A DNA stretch of 64,000 nucleotides. Source: Saccostrea echinata (taxonomy: Eukaryota). The stretch is taken from the NCBI RefSeq assembly GCF_033153115.1, contig NW_026889761.1, positions 23,250,001-23,314,000 of the forward strand, given 5' to 3'. The notes under the pieces were generated by a model that saw only the letters and a program-made list of their open reading frames with translations, did not search any database and was not told the DNA's origin. Position numbers and translations under genes: made by a program. This document shows positions 26,024-55,460 of this stretch, piece after piece (position 1 is the stretch's first letter; every line of letters begins with the position of its first letter).

Positions 26024-27018
26024 CGAGGGTTGTCCCAGAAAAACGCGAACTTTTTGAATATCTCATAAATTATTTTACCAAAATTAATAATTCTTTTCAC
26101 TTTGTTGGGAAAGGATATGTTCGTTATTTCGACAAAATATTATGAGGTTTTAATATAAAATATCAGTGGTCGAAGCACTGCATTTTGTTTTTTGACTCTC
26201 AAAAATAGCAGTGTCAAAGAAGTGTTCTTTGCTACCAGGCTATATGGAAATACAATGTGACAAGATTTACCTCTATAAATACTCTATAATCTGGAGTACT
26301 CATGCGTAAAAGTTATTAATTTGACATCATAAATGACAAATATATTACATTTAATGTCAAAACACTTTTAGTTAGATATTGTAAAAAATGGTGACGTCGA
26401 GCGATAATGTTGAGTAGCAAGTTATCAAGTAGTACTGTGATGAACGGGATATGACTCCTGTCCATACAGGAAAAGAGAATGTTAATGATGGAACAAAAAA
26501 AAAACCATACATCCCTGACACAGGTTTACACCTAGTTAGGTAGACCAACAAAAATTGAAGACTAACTAAAAAGTCAGGAGCTGAACGTCATACAGTGTAC
26601 ATGAAGGCCGCCGTTTCATTATGCTAGCAGTTAGGTTTATGATCGGGGTTGGGAAATTGTCTACTAAAAGAATTAATTCTTTGATCATTTGGTAACACTA
26701 ATATTTGATATGGAGAATTTGGAAACTAAAAAGATTAAATACAGTGTCAAACTTATGCTTCAGACAAATTTTATTAGACGCACGATTCCAAAACATATTC
26801 ACAAAGGCCACGAGCTACGTTTTGCCGTCGTCGGTGTTGCGCCGACAGCCATTTTGTAAGATTCTTTTATCTGAGAGAAAAAATGTCATTTATAGATATA
26901 TTTTATTGATATTTTAATGCATTATTTAAAAATGCTGATTATGATATATGCCAATTTTTAACTTTTAAGTATTAGTGAGGCAAAAGATCTTGAAAATGTT
27001 TTTCTGGGACAACCCTCG
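26024..27018. mobile_element. Mariner-like non-autonomous element
   Basis: TIR cgagggttgtcccagaaaaac / gtttttctgggacaaccctcg, preceded by TA on the left. Confidence 0.75.
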
Positions 27019-27374
27019 AAGAATGAGAATAGGAAAACGATTATGAAAGTCGTTTTGCATCATATGGATTTTATGTATAATGATCATAATCCCTCTGTTC
27101 ACTTATATGGAATGTTGCTTTATTATTTCCCAAAAGAAATGTATCTTATAGTAAAATGCAAACATGTTTTGGTAAAAAAAAAATAAAAAAATAAAACGTT
27201 TCATTTACTTTTTCAAATTAATTCCATTGTCTAGTCTCATTTCCATGCGATTATTGTAAATTTCAAAGCTAAATGCGTAGACATCTTATTTACTCTAAAA
27301 TATCTTAACAAAATTGGATGTTGGCATTGTTGTATAATGTTTTCTTTTTACAGATTGTTTATCAACTAGAAGCA

Positions 27375-29249
27375 ATGATTCTGTTCGTGTTTTCTCTGTT
27401 CTTTTGTCTATGCATGGCAAACCAACTAGTAAGTATCATCTAGGAATGAAATACTTACCTGAAATTTAAAGCATCCAGTAACTCAGAAAAAAATAATATA
27501 TACTGACAAATGCTAAATTTTTAAACTATATTTTACACTATATTTAAGAATTTCGAGATCAGTGTAATAGAAAAAGATGCAAGATATATTCAGAAAGTTC
27601 AAACCAATCTTTACACGAATCATGTCTACTATTCTACCCCTGCACACAACGACATTGCGGAATCTCACAAAATACAAGATTTTAATAAGGTAAGGACCAG
27701 GGTAGTAAATACCTTTTTTTAACATGCAAATACTCTCATTTACATGTGATATATATTGAAACCTATTGTAATTGATGGTTAGCATGTTGTACAACTATTT
27801 TATTATCTTTTTTCAAAATTGCACTTAAAAGCAACAAGATTTAGATTTGATTTACAAAAATTTTAATTTTCAATAAATTGACATTAAGTTGTCCTTTCAG
27901 TATTCTTCTTTTAAAAACCTTTAGTCTTACAATTCGTAAGATGATATAGTTTTCTTCTCCAAGTGTTTCTTATAACCGATGGGTCTTGATAACATCTGGT
28001 AAAATCTGGTATTATCTGACCACATGGTTGTAAAGGCTTGTTACTTTTTTACCCACTGTCATTTGAGCAAACTTTAATCTTTTAACCAAGAATGCTTTGT
28101 AACAAAATGCTTACATTTGGCAGCCATCAGAGGATGGACAGTCGATGCTGCAACCCGTTATTCTCTGGCTCAAGTACAAGTATTATATGCAATGTATAAT
28201 ATACTATATATTATGCACTATTAAAGCACAAACGTCCCAGTCAAAATTATTTAATGCCATTCTTGTTTTCTTTTTCAAAGGGTATGCAGATAACATGCAT
28301 ACCATCAATTCAGGAATGTCATCTTATGACGATTGAAACAACAAACTATCTGAATGCTGGTAATGTAACAGAATCCATTGTTCATATGTGGGTATGTTTC
28401 ATTTTGTTTCACATATCTATACTGATTTCTTTAATATCCTTTCAGGCACACGATTGTTCTTCATATTCCGATTATATTTCAATAAACACATTCGCTTTTA
28501 CTTTCACCAACGTTACCTGTAAAACATTTAAAACAATTTGAATATAAAAATGTAATTTCATCCTTTTTTTAGAATAAAGGTGTTAACACCATAGTGGATA
28601 AAAATTCAACCCGAATAGAACACCATGTTACTCTAATTGGATCGGAAATCATGAATACTGCATTCCTTGGTCAAGAAATGAGAGCAATGCTGCAAAAGTT
28701 TGGATACCCTCTGTACAGAACGACGCCCATCCCGGACGGTGTAGTTATCGAAAACTACCATTTGAAAGGTATCACTTTATAGAAAGTTCCCCTATAATCG
28801 TTTATTAAAAATTAAAAATAAATAAAACTAAAATTATTCATAAATTATCCTGTGACAATTTATATATTACTAGGGAATCACACGTTGACTGGTAGATCTC
28901 TCGATCCTCACCTCGTCGCTGCATCTGTAAGGTTTCAATGCAACAAACAGCCTGAACCTGTATGGGGCTATACAACTGCTCATTGCGAACATGTTTTTGA
29001 ATGCCAAAGGTAATTTGATTTAAATTCTCATTTCAACTTTTTAACAAGCATTGAAAAAAACTTGAAATACATACATGTGTAAGTGATTTTTTTTTTTATT
29101 TTTAAGACATAATCATTTTTAATTTCAGCGAACAATCATGTAGAGCAGTACACGCTTACTCGAAAGTGATGTATAAATGTTTCTGCTGTCCAGGATTCTT
29201 CACTTTAAATGATCCGAGTCGCTGTATGTGCCAAAAATTTACAAAATAA
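27375..29249 (+). CDS. Uncharacterised secreted protein, 205 aa, with a Cys-rich C-terminus (EMI-like CCPGF). Exons 27375-27428, 28281-28391, 28573-28768, 28874-29009, 29129-29249
   Basis: Five exons join by GT-AG (phases 0,0,1,2) into a 618-nt stop-free frame. N-terminal MILFVFSLFFCLCMA looks like a signal peptide; it ends YKCFCCPGFFTLNDPSRCMCQKFTK*. AATAAA at about 29245 and 29286. Confidence 0.75.
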
Positions 29250-30002
29250 ACTCCATTTATTTTAAATTTCACAATAATTTAAAACAATAAACAAGGAGTT
29301 CATATTTGCATTGGAAAGCAGGTATTATATATCTGAAATTTATCCATGGAATATTGATTGTATAAAATTGACCAGGAACTCTTCAAAAAACAATGTCTTT
29401 AGACTAGAATCTTGAATTGCATGTACTAGTATACTATTGTATGTCCCACATGAGCACTTCTGCCACATTTCAAAGAAAATATCATTAAACATTCAAGTTT
29501 CGTTATTTCAAAACCTTAATCAGATTGAATACAGGAAGTGATCGTGACGTGTGGTCTTCTTAATAAGGTACACAGTCAATTATCTAATAAATGAATAAAA
29601 TAAGGCTTAGTAAAAAAAAAAAAACCTTACTGTAAAGGGAAAGGGTGAACTTCCGTTTCCGAAGTAAATGAAATTCTCTCACACACAGAGAAAACGTCAA
29701 CATTTAACTGTATAAATTTTTGCATCTCAAAGTAAATGGATCAGAAAAAAATCTTTAGTACTTTACATGTAATGATAACATTACATGAAGCTATCAGTGC
29801 ATAGTTCACGAAGTCGACTGTCGTGTCTCGTGTGGTTACATTTGCCGGATGCCAATTGCATCCTCTCGGGTCTTTCCGGCACTAATCGAATGTTAAAATT
29901 TTACATAAAATGGTGTCACTTCTTATTTATTATAATATTGGATTAACAGAGTTGATTTCTACTTCTGTAGTATATTTTAGGTCATAAGTATGATAGTTTT
30001 CA

Positions 30003-32560
30003 ATGAAAAGGGTGAAGAAAACGAACAGCAATCGGTAACAAAAATCTATAAACAATACAAATTTGTGAAGAGGGCATAAAACATGGACCCCTGGAAATTT
30101 CAGAGGTAGTATCAGGTGCCTAGGAGAAGTAAACATCCCCTGTTGACCGGTCACACTCGCTGTGAGCCCTATGTATTAATCAGATAGACGAAACATTCCG
30201 CAGTAAAATTTAGTGTAAAAACAAAGGTTTATCTCAATTGGTATGAAACAATTCATCCAACAAATGACCCAATGACAGGTTATATTTTCTAACTAGGTCA
30301 TTATAACGACCATAGAATTTACGAAATGCTGACTTTAAACGAGTTTGTTGAAATTCCTGTAACATCCACTTATCTCTCAGTAGCCTTCCTCGATCTAAAA
30401 ATTGATCGTACTTAGAGCATACTCGTGAGTATCGAATAAGTTGGGAGATGTAAACACCATTAGCAGGTGATAGCGGGTTATTACAACTTAAAGAAAGAAA
30501 GCTGACGATAGAAAAGTTGAAGCCATCTCGTTTGTAATACAATATAATTTAGTGGTTGGTTGGCTCATATCGTCTAAATTAAAGTCAGTAAAACATCTAA
30601 ATATGAAACAGATGTGGCAGACCAGACTTTGTGGTGTCTTTTATTTCAAGTTCACTGGAATATATCGGGTCAACATATGAATGAAAGTATAACTATTGTT
30701 AAATGATAATACATCGTTGATACATCTAAATGTCGAGTTAAAGGCCACAGCAAGTGTATTCTTCTTTTCATGTAGAAGTTTTTGAATACATTCTGCTTCA
30801 TAGAAATATAAAAATAGGTCAGCTAATAAAGGGGCACAATAAAAGTCCATCGAAATTCCATCAGTTTGTCGGAAGCCCTGGTCTCTGAAGACTATAGAAA
30901 TGGAACTCCAGTATCCTTTTAATATCACATCACAGCCCTTGTGTGTAGAATCAGAGTGATTCAGAGTGTTTAACGAAGTAATTTTGTTGCTGACCAGTCA
31001 CAAGGTAGGACATTTTTCGACTTTCATTTTTATTGAAAAAACAGTTATCTATGATATCAAAAAGTTTAATTTTTAATTTATCGTAAGGAATAAATATATA
31101 AAGTGTAGAAAAGTCGTACAACTTGATGTTACTGACTTTTGAAAAAATTGGCGATTTTGAATTTTTATAAGTTCTTTGGAGCTTTTGAGAATCCTCATCT
31201 AATTTACATCACTTCTAGAATATTTCTAGAATATGCTGTAGCACAGTACATATGAAGTTTCTTAACAGCAGTTAATATTTTTGTAAGGCTAGGGGCTTAG
31301 TAGAGCAAATTGCTTGACCCTGCAATGTATCTCTGTTTTATGACGTTTATGAATCCAATAAAGGTAGGGTAGATCCAACTCACCTTGATCGACTGGAATG
31401 TTCAAAGTTTTAAATACTGAAACGTGGTATTGAAGAATTTTATCTTTAGAAAGTGAACTGCAAGTATAGGTTGGATTTTCAAAGTAGAATTACGTTCTTT
31501 TAAAATACAGTTAAAATAATAACCCTTGCAAACAAGCCTTGTCGGCTGAAACCATAACATATTGTTTATGTATTCTTTTTTAATTCTTTGATCACATCCG
31601 ATTTAGTGAAAACAGAAGGATAGCTGATTTGCATACTGCTTTTAGATTTCTTATACTATTCTTTAATACTAGTATTTATTCCTAAAACATTTGATCAATT
31701 CTGACAAGGTGTTCAGAGTTTCTTTTTCAAATTTAGCCCAACGTCTGGCATAATCTTTGACATAATTCATAATAGAAATGAAGTTCTGTCGCCAATGAAA
31801 GACTATATTTAGAACTTTTTAATATGATCGCTTTAAGGTCTTCATTTTAAACTGCATTGACTTAACCAGTAATGACGTGTCCAGCAGGACTGTAGTTGAA
31901 AGAAAAAGAAGAGCAAGAACACTTGAGAGGATTTTGTTTGAGATGTTCAATATCTAGGTATTGTAACAGACCTGTTTACCCATATCGTTGTCTCTCAGTA
32001 TTTTTTGTTAGATTTGTCAGTGAGATTTGGCATTTGCCCGTAAGATTTCACTTTCCATCGATTTTACATATATTACTTACTACATTTCTGATTACCAAAA
32101 CATGAGTTAACAACAAAGAAAAGCATCATACCTTGCTTTCTTTCTGGTTTTTTTTTAAACCACCGAGTTTTAGCAACCCGATATCACTGAAGTGTTTGAA
32201 ATCTTTCTGCGTCAAACTGAGACACATCATTACGAAAACTAACTGTTAAAATCCAAACGAACGGATTTCTCATTTCCGTATTTTCATCAAAGCAAAACGT
32301 GAGACGTATTTTGGACTCAAAATCCGTACAAAATACGGCGAAATCGTAAGAGTAAACAGGTCTGTTGTAAGGTTTGTTTATATTTAAAATTGTTTACAAG
32401 GCTGAACCTTTTTATGATTTAGAATGTTACTAATGTTCAGAGCATTTATTTCAGTGTTTATGAAAAGGTATTTTCCGCTTGTCGAAAAGTCCTGAGAAGT
32501 TGCGATTGGCCACACATGGAATCAAACAAATTAGTATGACTCGATTTTTCAAATTCTACG
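30003..32560 (-). mobile_element. Longest Penelope-like retroelement copy (degenerate; probably Naiad-type, no C-terminal endonuclease)
   Basis: Minus strand: LNISNILNHKKV..YKQTLQ|YLDI..CSCSS.SFNYSPAGHVITG, GIS..CAPLLADLFLY.YEAE, FRCINDVLS, NFSIV..GVYISQLIRYSRVC..FHTN*, then the 3' UTR. Confidence 0.8.
31967..32364. mobile_element. MITE with a 6-bp TSD, inserted in the PLE ORF
   Basis: TIR cagacctgtttac / gtaaacaggtctg; TTGTAA duplicated at 31961-31966 and 32365-32370. Excision restores Q-T-L-Q-Y-L-D. Confidence 0.75.
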
Positions 32561-32579
32561 AAAATTTACGTAAAGGTTA

Positions 32580-32685
32580 AAGGCCGAAAACTGTCCATTC
32601 TGTGAGAAGAAAGAACTTTTGTGTTGGAGGGCCGTTAGGCCTGACAATAGTTCTTTCTTCTCACAAAATGGACAGTTTGAGGCCT
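32580..32685. repeat. Inverted repeat (~40-bp arms), probably a palindromic DNA-TE core
   Basis: aggccgaaaactgtccattctgtgagaagaaagaact ... agttctttcttctcacaaaatggacagtttgaggcct. Confidence 0.7.
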
Positions 32686-34404
32686 ATAACCTACTTAAAG
32701 GCCGAGGTTTTCTACCGGTCGGTTTTCCTCAGGTAAGTTTGGTGTGGGGTGGAGCTTAATTGAAACAGCTGTGAAGCCCCGAGGGAACCAAGTTGGCTTG
32801 TGTATACCTACCTATATACACAGGATGTTACCTGTATATTACCTGTAAATGTTTTCCTAAGAAATAGTTTAACTTCGCGTGCTGGTCAATCGAAATGTTG
32901 ATCGTCAAATTTATGAAATAAAACATGCTAAATTTTTGATGTAGACCGATTCCTTTAGTTCAATTCTTTTTTTAAAATATGTTTGAATAAAGGAGACAAT
33001 TTTAGTTTAATTTTGTGCGTTAATAAATTTCAAATCTTTGGTTGTAAGCTGGCGACACCGACGGAAATAGTCATTCGCAAAACGAAAGTAGAAAAAAGTG
33101 CGGTCCTGAATAAGTCTCTAAAACTAAGAAATCCTGTTTGAAGGCTAAATTTTGTAGAAAAAATATGATAAATTGGATAAATATTTTTTTTATATAATTC
33201 CTATGCGATTAACCCATGACCCTTTTTAACTTGGATAATATGACTATCTCATAATTATAAAAAAGGAATTATTATTTAATTTAATTACACGATGCTTCCA
33301 ATGCAGTTCAGTATTTTCTGTTTTAATAAAATCGATGTACGTGTAAATTTGGATAATCTATACTGCAATATAGATTGTATAGTGAAATAAACCCTCTTTC
33401 TTAATTACAATTTCAATAGATATATGACTGATTTTCTTTTTCATTTATTTAATTATTTGACAGACTGATTAAATATAAATTATATATGGCTATTTACTTT
33501 ATCACAAAGTAAAAAAAATAATATCAGCTCTGGCTGCTTCTTTATCACCATGTTATATATGCGGTAGGCATCAAAGACTGAATGTTAATTCAATGATCGG
33601 TACGATCCCCAGCCAAGGTATACAAGATATACACAACAGCAGGTAACAAAATGTCAATCAATTTTCAGTATCCAATCTCAGGCTTAATTTCATCTGATTG
33701 ACAGGGGTTCACAGACCAGGTAAAATTGAGGGTGGAGCTTATTTCCTCCCCCTTTAAAACATCTACTCTATTGTGTTCATAATGTACTCTCTTAGAATTG
33801 TTTCTCATCCACTGTATTGAGTAAGCATTGTCTACTTACTAGATTGTCTCAGGTATAGGTTGCTGACGATCAAAAGAAACTTACATTCATTGTAATTGTT
33901 AACTTAGTGGACAGTTACAGTTAAGTGTTAATTTTAAATTAACGAATTAAGAATATGTAACCACAATGCCATGATATTCCAAAATAATTTTCTTGCGATT
34001 GTCAATGTTAAAAGCACGTCTTCTTCCGAAGGAGAAAGCTTATTCTGATGCAAATAAAATTCAGATAAGATAAGCAATCTACTAATAATACACATTTCAT
34101 TTTTCAAGTGATTTTTTGGATTTTGAGGTTAGGATTGTCAAGATAATGAGGTTATGATTGTCAAGATGATGAACTTTGAACTCAAAGTGGACTTTTTTCC
34201 AAATATATCTCAACTTTTGACCAAGGCTATTTAAGGATGGTCAGTGGGTTGGGACCATGGAAATTAACATGGAATGCCCCGTGTATTTAAATCTATTAAA
34301 CAGCATTTTTATTATATTAACATTTATAATATAGTTAATAGTAAATACACCGATTCTGCACTGTGCGATACTGGTGACGTCACAATACCCCATATCAAGG
34401 ACCG

Positions 34405-34475
34405 CACTCGGCACACCTCGGCCGATTCGTACCTCATTGATGAAGGTGACGGAATCAGCCGAGGTTTGCCGAATG
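34405..34475. repeat. GC-rich imperfect palindrome, probably a TE-internal hairpin
   Basis: tcggcacacctcggccgattc..acc..ggtgacggaatcagccgaggtttgccga. Confidence 0.55.
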
Positions 34476-36129
34476 TCAAGGACCGGTCCGAAAATTCATA
34501 TCACGTATCGGACCGGCATGCAAAAATCCATATCAAACCGGAAGTAACGTTTGTATAAAGTTTAAAAGTTAATTTACTTGATTTTATTTAAATATACATG
34601 TAAAAAAAATTCTTAAATAACATCTGTGGACTTAATTTTTTTTTTAAAGGCCTAAAATCGGCTCTATTAGATTTTAAAGAAAAAAGTCAAACATGCACGA
34701 AACATTCTTCAAAGACTTTATGTGAACTCCCATATTAAGTATTTTAAATATATGATAAATGGCTGATATGGGGCCACTCGGGCTGCTATGACATATGATA
34801 TGGATTTTAAAATGTAATATTCTCTATTTGTAGTTCACATAAAATGTAAATATAAGGAATCGCTGTCTCGTTTGTAGGGTATGTCAGGACATCAACGACA
34901 GTTTGAAAACGTGGAATAATTAATGCATAACGGGTTTTGCCCGTTATGCAAATTATCCCACGTTTCCAATCATCGTTGATACACTGGCATACCAAACAAA
35001 CTAAACAGCGATTCCCTAAATCTTAATGATAGAACAAGCTTTTCCACCATGTATTATACATGTATAACAATTGAAGAATGTATACCATATAAAAAACATT
35101 GTTTTCTCCAAATGTCTTGATACCTATAGTTTATCCTAAAATATATTTGATAGATATTTTTAATTAGAAAATGCATGGTAGGTGCTTTTTTGCATTTTCT
35201 GAAAATATTTTTTAGATTTGATAATTCTCCCAAGGGTAAATACAAATTAACAAATTACTTCGATTTTTTGCAAGCATTTTAAACTACTGAACTCCTGATT
35301 TTTAAAACCTGAGGATCGGAGTAACTTAAGGATATCCTCAGATAGGAACAACTCTTAATATTACTTTTAAATTTAAAAATCTTGAAATTGAAATCTTTCA
35401 TAATAATCTTAAAATCTTGACATTGAAATCTTTTTGTGCAATGATTTTCTGCTGTAACTGTATTACTATTTTCTTATTGGATACTTCAAAATAATACACT
35501 CACAAAAACAAATCATGGGAGACTTACCTTCTATTACTCAAGCCTTTTATATACATTTACATCAAATAAGTCCAAACTGCTTTACATACCTTTAATATAT
35601 CATGATGTGATTCATATCAGCTTGCCTAACATAAAACCTTAATGCACAACTTTGATTTATACAGAACAACAATGTACAATCACATAGTTTTTAGCATGTA
35701 TATTGCAAAATATTTTATATTTTGGCCCCACTCCTCAGGCTTCAAAAGGACAGGGACATTATTTCTAGTCCCCTTCATCTATTGTTGCTTCATACCAACA
35801 CTGGCTGAAATTTGTTTAGCCATTTCAGTGAAGAAGCTGAAAATGTTTTTCGTATTTTTTTAAATTGAGCACTTTGCTCATTATATGAAGATGGACTGGA
35901 ACATATAACAATAGGTCATGTGACCGACTCCAGTGACCGAAAAATGTATGTCCTCCAAATACAGCACCTATAAGTGATGAAAACTGAACAACATTGGGCA
36001 CTACATGAATTGTGAAATATGTACACTGTACTGGCAGCAGTTTAACAACCAGGTCCATTATCCCTTTCTTGTTGTTTCATTTGCCAGTCACCATGGTCAC
36101 TGCCATTCTTCAGGTCCACTATCTTTGTC

Positions 36130-51723
<15,594 letters not shown>

Positions 51724-52095
51724 TGTCTGGGGAAAAATCTGAAAGAGTTATTTCCCTTCAATTCAATCATTAGTCATTATCTTTTTTATTTCAGGTTGAG
51801 AGATTTCATCTTACAGCATAAATATAAGTGTATGTACATGAAAACTGCACCATAGTTCTTTACAGAGTCCAAATTTTATTTCATTTTGTAAACAAAACAT
51901 AAATCGAAAAACATCAACCAAAGGCAAACGATTTCGAGATTTACACAAGCCAGAGGTTGGGCCTATATTTTAGCATCGCATAATTATGCATATGAACCAA
52001 ACTTAATCTAAAATACAATTTCAGGTATCCTTCTACATTATTCTTTCTCGGTTACAAAATTTGACTAATGCTATTTGACTACCATGAACACTTAC

Positions 52096-52145
52096 CTCTT
52101 AGCGGCTCTTTTCCTGAAACAAAAGGAAAATGGCGTCAGCTAAAA
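52096..52145 (-). promoter_or_regulatory. Putative SMARCE1 non-coding first exon and TSS region with a YY1-type motif
   Basis: Minus strand gctgacGCCATTTTcc..ccgctaagag|gtaagt, i.e. a YY1 consensus plus a perfect donor. An acceptor (ctttcag) lies just upstream of the ATG, at about 51739. Confidence 0.5.
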
Positions 52146-53176
52146 AACTAAATTTGAAGTTAAACGGGAGAAAATGAAAATCCGTTTAGCATTTTTAATA
52201 CTAGGTTTTCATTAAAAGATAAAAGAGTCAAATCCAAACATGTCAAAATATTATACAATGTATTTTTTTTTTTACAATGTTGCAAAAATATAATAAAAAT
52301 AAAATCGTCAGTTCACAAATCAAAGTACTGAAAATACTGCAACGTGAAGCGGTCACCCATTCAACACATTTTGAGTTTGTGATCTAGAAATATTTTATAT
52401 TTTTGTTTACTTTTCATTGTGCATAAAGGTAATGTCTATAGACTAAATTCTATTCTTGATACTAGTATGTTTTAATTTTACAACACAATTACATGGATTT
52501 AATAAAGCTTGCCATTAATGTATGCAAATTTTATAATTGAAATCCAAGGAAGAGCAGAAACTTATATGTAGCCCTTCTGTTTCAAAACTTGACACCTGAG
52601 TTTAGAACATTGACTCAGTACAGAAGTACATGTATGTAATTCTAAATATACTAATTAAGCTCAAATAATATAAGCAATACGTACATGTAACATATACTTT
52701 CCAACGCAATAACCCAGATACATGTGAGTACTAGTAGCGCAGACGTAGTAAAAGCAACGTGATTAACTGCTAAGGGATATATGCAATAGAAATCCATCGC
52801 AATTCATTTCAGGCGAGAATACCTGTATCGAATAACACAGAGCAAATAATTCTTGTCCTCAAAGAAAGTGTGCTATACTGAGGTATACTTCCGCTTCATT
52901 CACTCATTCATCCATCTTTTATTTCCTCCATTACTGAGATTAGAAAAGATAGATAATTGCAGGGAAATATACCAAAGACTATAAATAAAATTAAAATAGT
53001 CGTTGAAAAGGCGAGAATTTAAAACTATAAAAGTATGGTACCAGGTGGATTCGATTCACGACTCACTCGCTGTTAATACTCAGCGGATATATTAATTGAG
53101 CTATTCTGATAATAAATGTAGTTGTCATAAATGTTAACCAGATTGCCCAAATCAAGCTTCGTTATTTTTTGTAGTT

Positions 53177-53946
53177 TTTTTTATGCCCCCGGATCGAAAG
53201 ATCCCGGGGGTATATTGTTTTTGTCCTGTCTGTCTGTTTGTCTGTTTATCTGTTTGTCTGTTTGTCCGTTTGTCTGTTTGTCCGTTTGTCTGTCTGTCTT
53301 TTGTCAACTTTAACCTTGCCCATAACTTTTGATTGGTTGGAGCTACGACTTTCATATTTCACATGTGTATTTCTTGTGACAAGACCTTTCTTTGGGTACC
53401 ATCATATTTGACCTTTTGACCTTGACCTTGGAGTTTGACCCACTTTTGCAAAATTTTATGAGACTTTAACCTTGGCCATAACTTCTGAACAGTTGGTGCT
53501 TGGGGTTTCAAACTTCACATGTGTATTCCTTGTGACAAGACCTTCCTCTGGATATCAACCACTTTGACCCTTTGACCTTGACCTAGGAGTTTGACCTACT
53601 TTTGAAAAACTTTAACCTTGGCCATAACTTTTGAATGGTTGGAGCTAGGGCTTTCATACTTCACATATGTAATCCTTGCGACAAGATCTTCCTTTGGATA
53701 CCAACCACTTTGACCTTGACCTTGACGTTTTACTTTTATTTAAAAAACTTTAACCTTCGCCATAACTTTTGAACAGTTGTATCTAGATCTTTCAAATTTC
53801 ACAGGTGTATTCCTCGAGACAAGACCTTTCTTTGGGTATCAACATTTTTTATCTTTTGGCCTGGATTTTGACTTGCATTTGAAGAAACTTTAACCTTCGC
53901 CATAAGCTGTCATACGGGGGCATCAGTGTTTCACAAACACATCTTG
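53177..53946 (-). mobile_element. Second Helentron/HINE family with a ~145-bp internal tandem repeat
   Basis: Terminal hairpin atgcccccggatcgaaagatcccgggggtat, (TCTG/TTTG)n, units starting actttaaccttggccataact (about 53308, 53463, 53609, 53747, 53888), and other end gggggcatcagtgtttcacaaacacatcttg. Confidence 0.8.
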
Positions 53947-54559
53947 GTTTTTTTTTTTAATTTTGATTTTCGACCCTTGGGCAGAGGCGCCCCTAGAAAA
54001 GCTTATCTTAAATTATTCCTTACTTCACAACCCATCAAAATATCATAATTTTATTTAGAGGCAGGTCTGCCCTATTTTTATTTTTTCATTCAATCTTTAT
54101 TTCCTCCATTTGGAGATTTGATAAACAAAACAACTATTACAACATATTTACATCAATGAAAATATATAAAAAGAAAATAATAAAGAAAAAATGCGGCATG
54201 TTCAATTTGCTAATATACTCTATATGAAAACATAAAAGAATTATTATACAAACATTTAAGTAAAATTTTTGAAAAACTTCTGTAAAATTATCAATCATTG
54301 ACAAATTTTACCTATGACCGACTCGTTCCGTTGAAGTCTATTTAAAAGAACGACAATTCTAAAAATTGCAAAATCGTAAAATTCTGGTTACTCCCCTTTG
54401 ATGATGCAAAATATGACGTAATTTCAAGGCCATTCTTGTGGTATTTTTATCACAACATGAAAATAAAAATCGGCATCATTAAAAATTTTAAATCTTCACC
54501 TTTAAGACAGAGAAACAAGTAAAAACACGGGTTGGAGATGGGTTGGAAAAACATGGAGA

Positions 54560-55460
54560 CTCGGGTTCAATGAAAGTTTATTGCTTCAAGTTGTCCGAAG
54601 CAAGGTATGTGTCCGATGCATGGTTAAATCACCCTACTAGAAACTATGAATGAAAAACATTTTAACATGAATTTCTTTTTGTCTAAAACTTGGACATGGG
54701 TACCCCTAAGAACAGATAGGTAAAAAATGTACCCGTTTAATGTGACAAAATCTATATAAACATCATTGTATTCATATGATAATTCAAACATAAATTCAGA
54801 TCTTTCATTAGATGTTATAGAACAAGTCGCTATGGCATGTTGGAAACTGTTTGTAAAGGGTTTCGAGCAGATAATGCACTGATATGTATAATCCTTCTTC
54901 GGTACAAGAGTCCAAAGATTTGCAACATACTTAACAACTTGCATTTCTTTTGTTGAAAGTGAATGTTTCCAAAGTGAAGCCAAATGTACAGTTGTATGAA
55001 GAAACTTGGTCATCGAAATCTGGATCGGAGTGAATTAAATCTTTCCATGAAGAAATGTAGTAAGAATTAATGGCCTTTTTTACAATGTTCTTCCAAATAT
55101 TTTTGGGTGGAAAACTTGTATTGCTTATGCATGTCTGAAAGAATCTTTTTGAAGAGTATTTCTGGATAGTAAAGACAAGGTCTCTAACAAAACCGAATTT
55201 TGATGTTTGGTTGTGGTTGAAATATTCGAACATTCGGATCGTAAAAACTTGTTTTGGAAGGATAGTACTATCAATGCAGTAAAGCTTTCCAAAGAAATAT
55301 AGTTTTCTTTTATCATTTTAGCTTGTATTGGGTGTAACCCGAGCATACTTTCACAAATGGCCGATCTTGGTGATTTTTGGAAATTTTGCATGTCTTTTAC
55401 AATAAAATGTTGAAACCTATTCAAAATGTTCCAGTCTTTCGTTTTCAAATTGTTCCATAA
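54560..55460 (-). mobile_element. Degenerate non-LTR LINE ORF2 C-terminal fragment
   Basis: Frameshifted ORFs LWNNL..LNRFQHFIVK..CESMLGLHPI..WKNIVKKAI..CIICSK..QHAIATC (CCHC-type motif). Confidence 0.65.
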
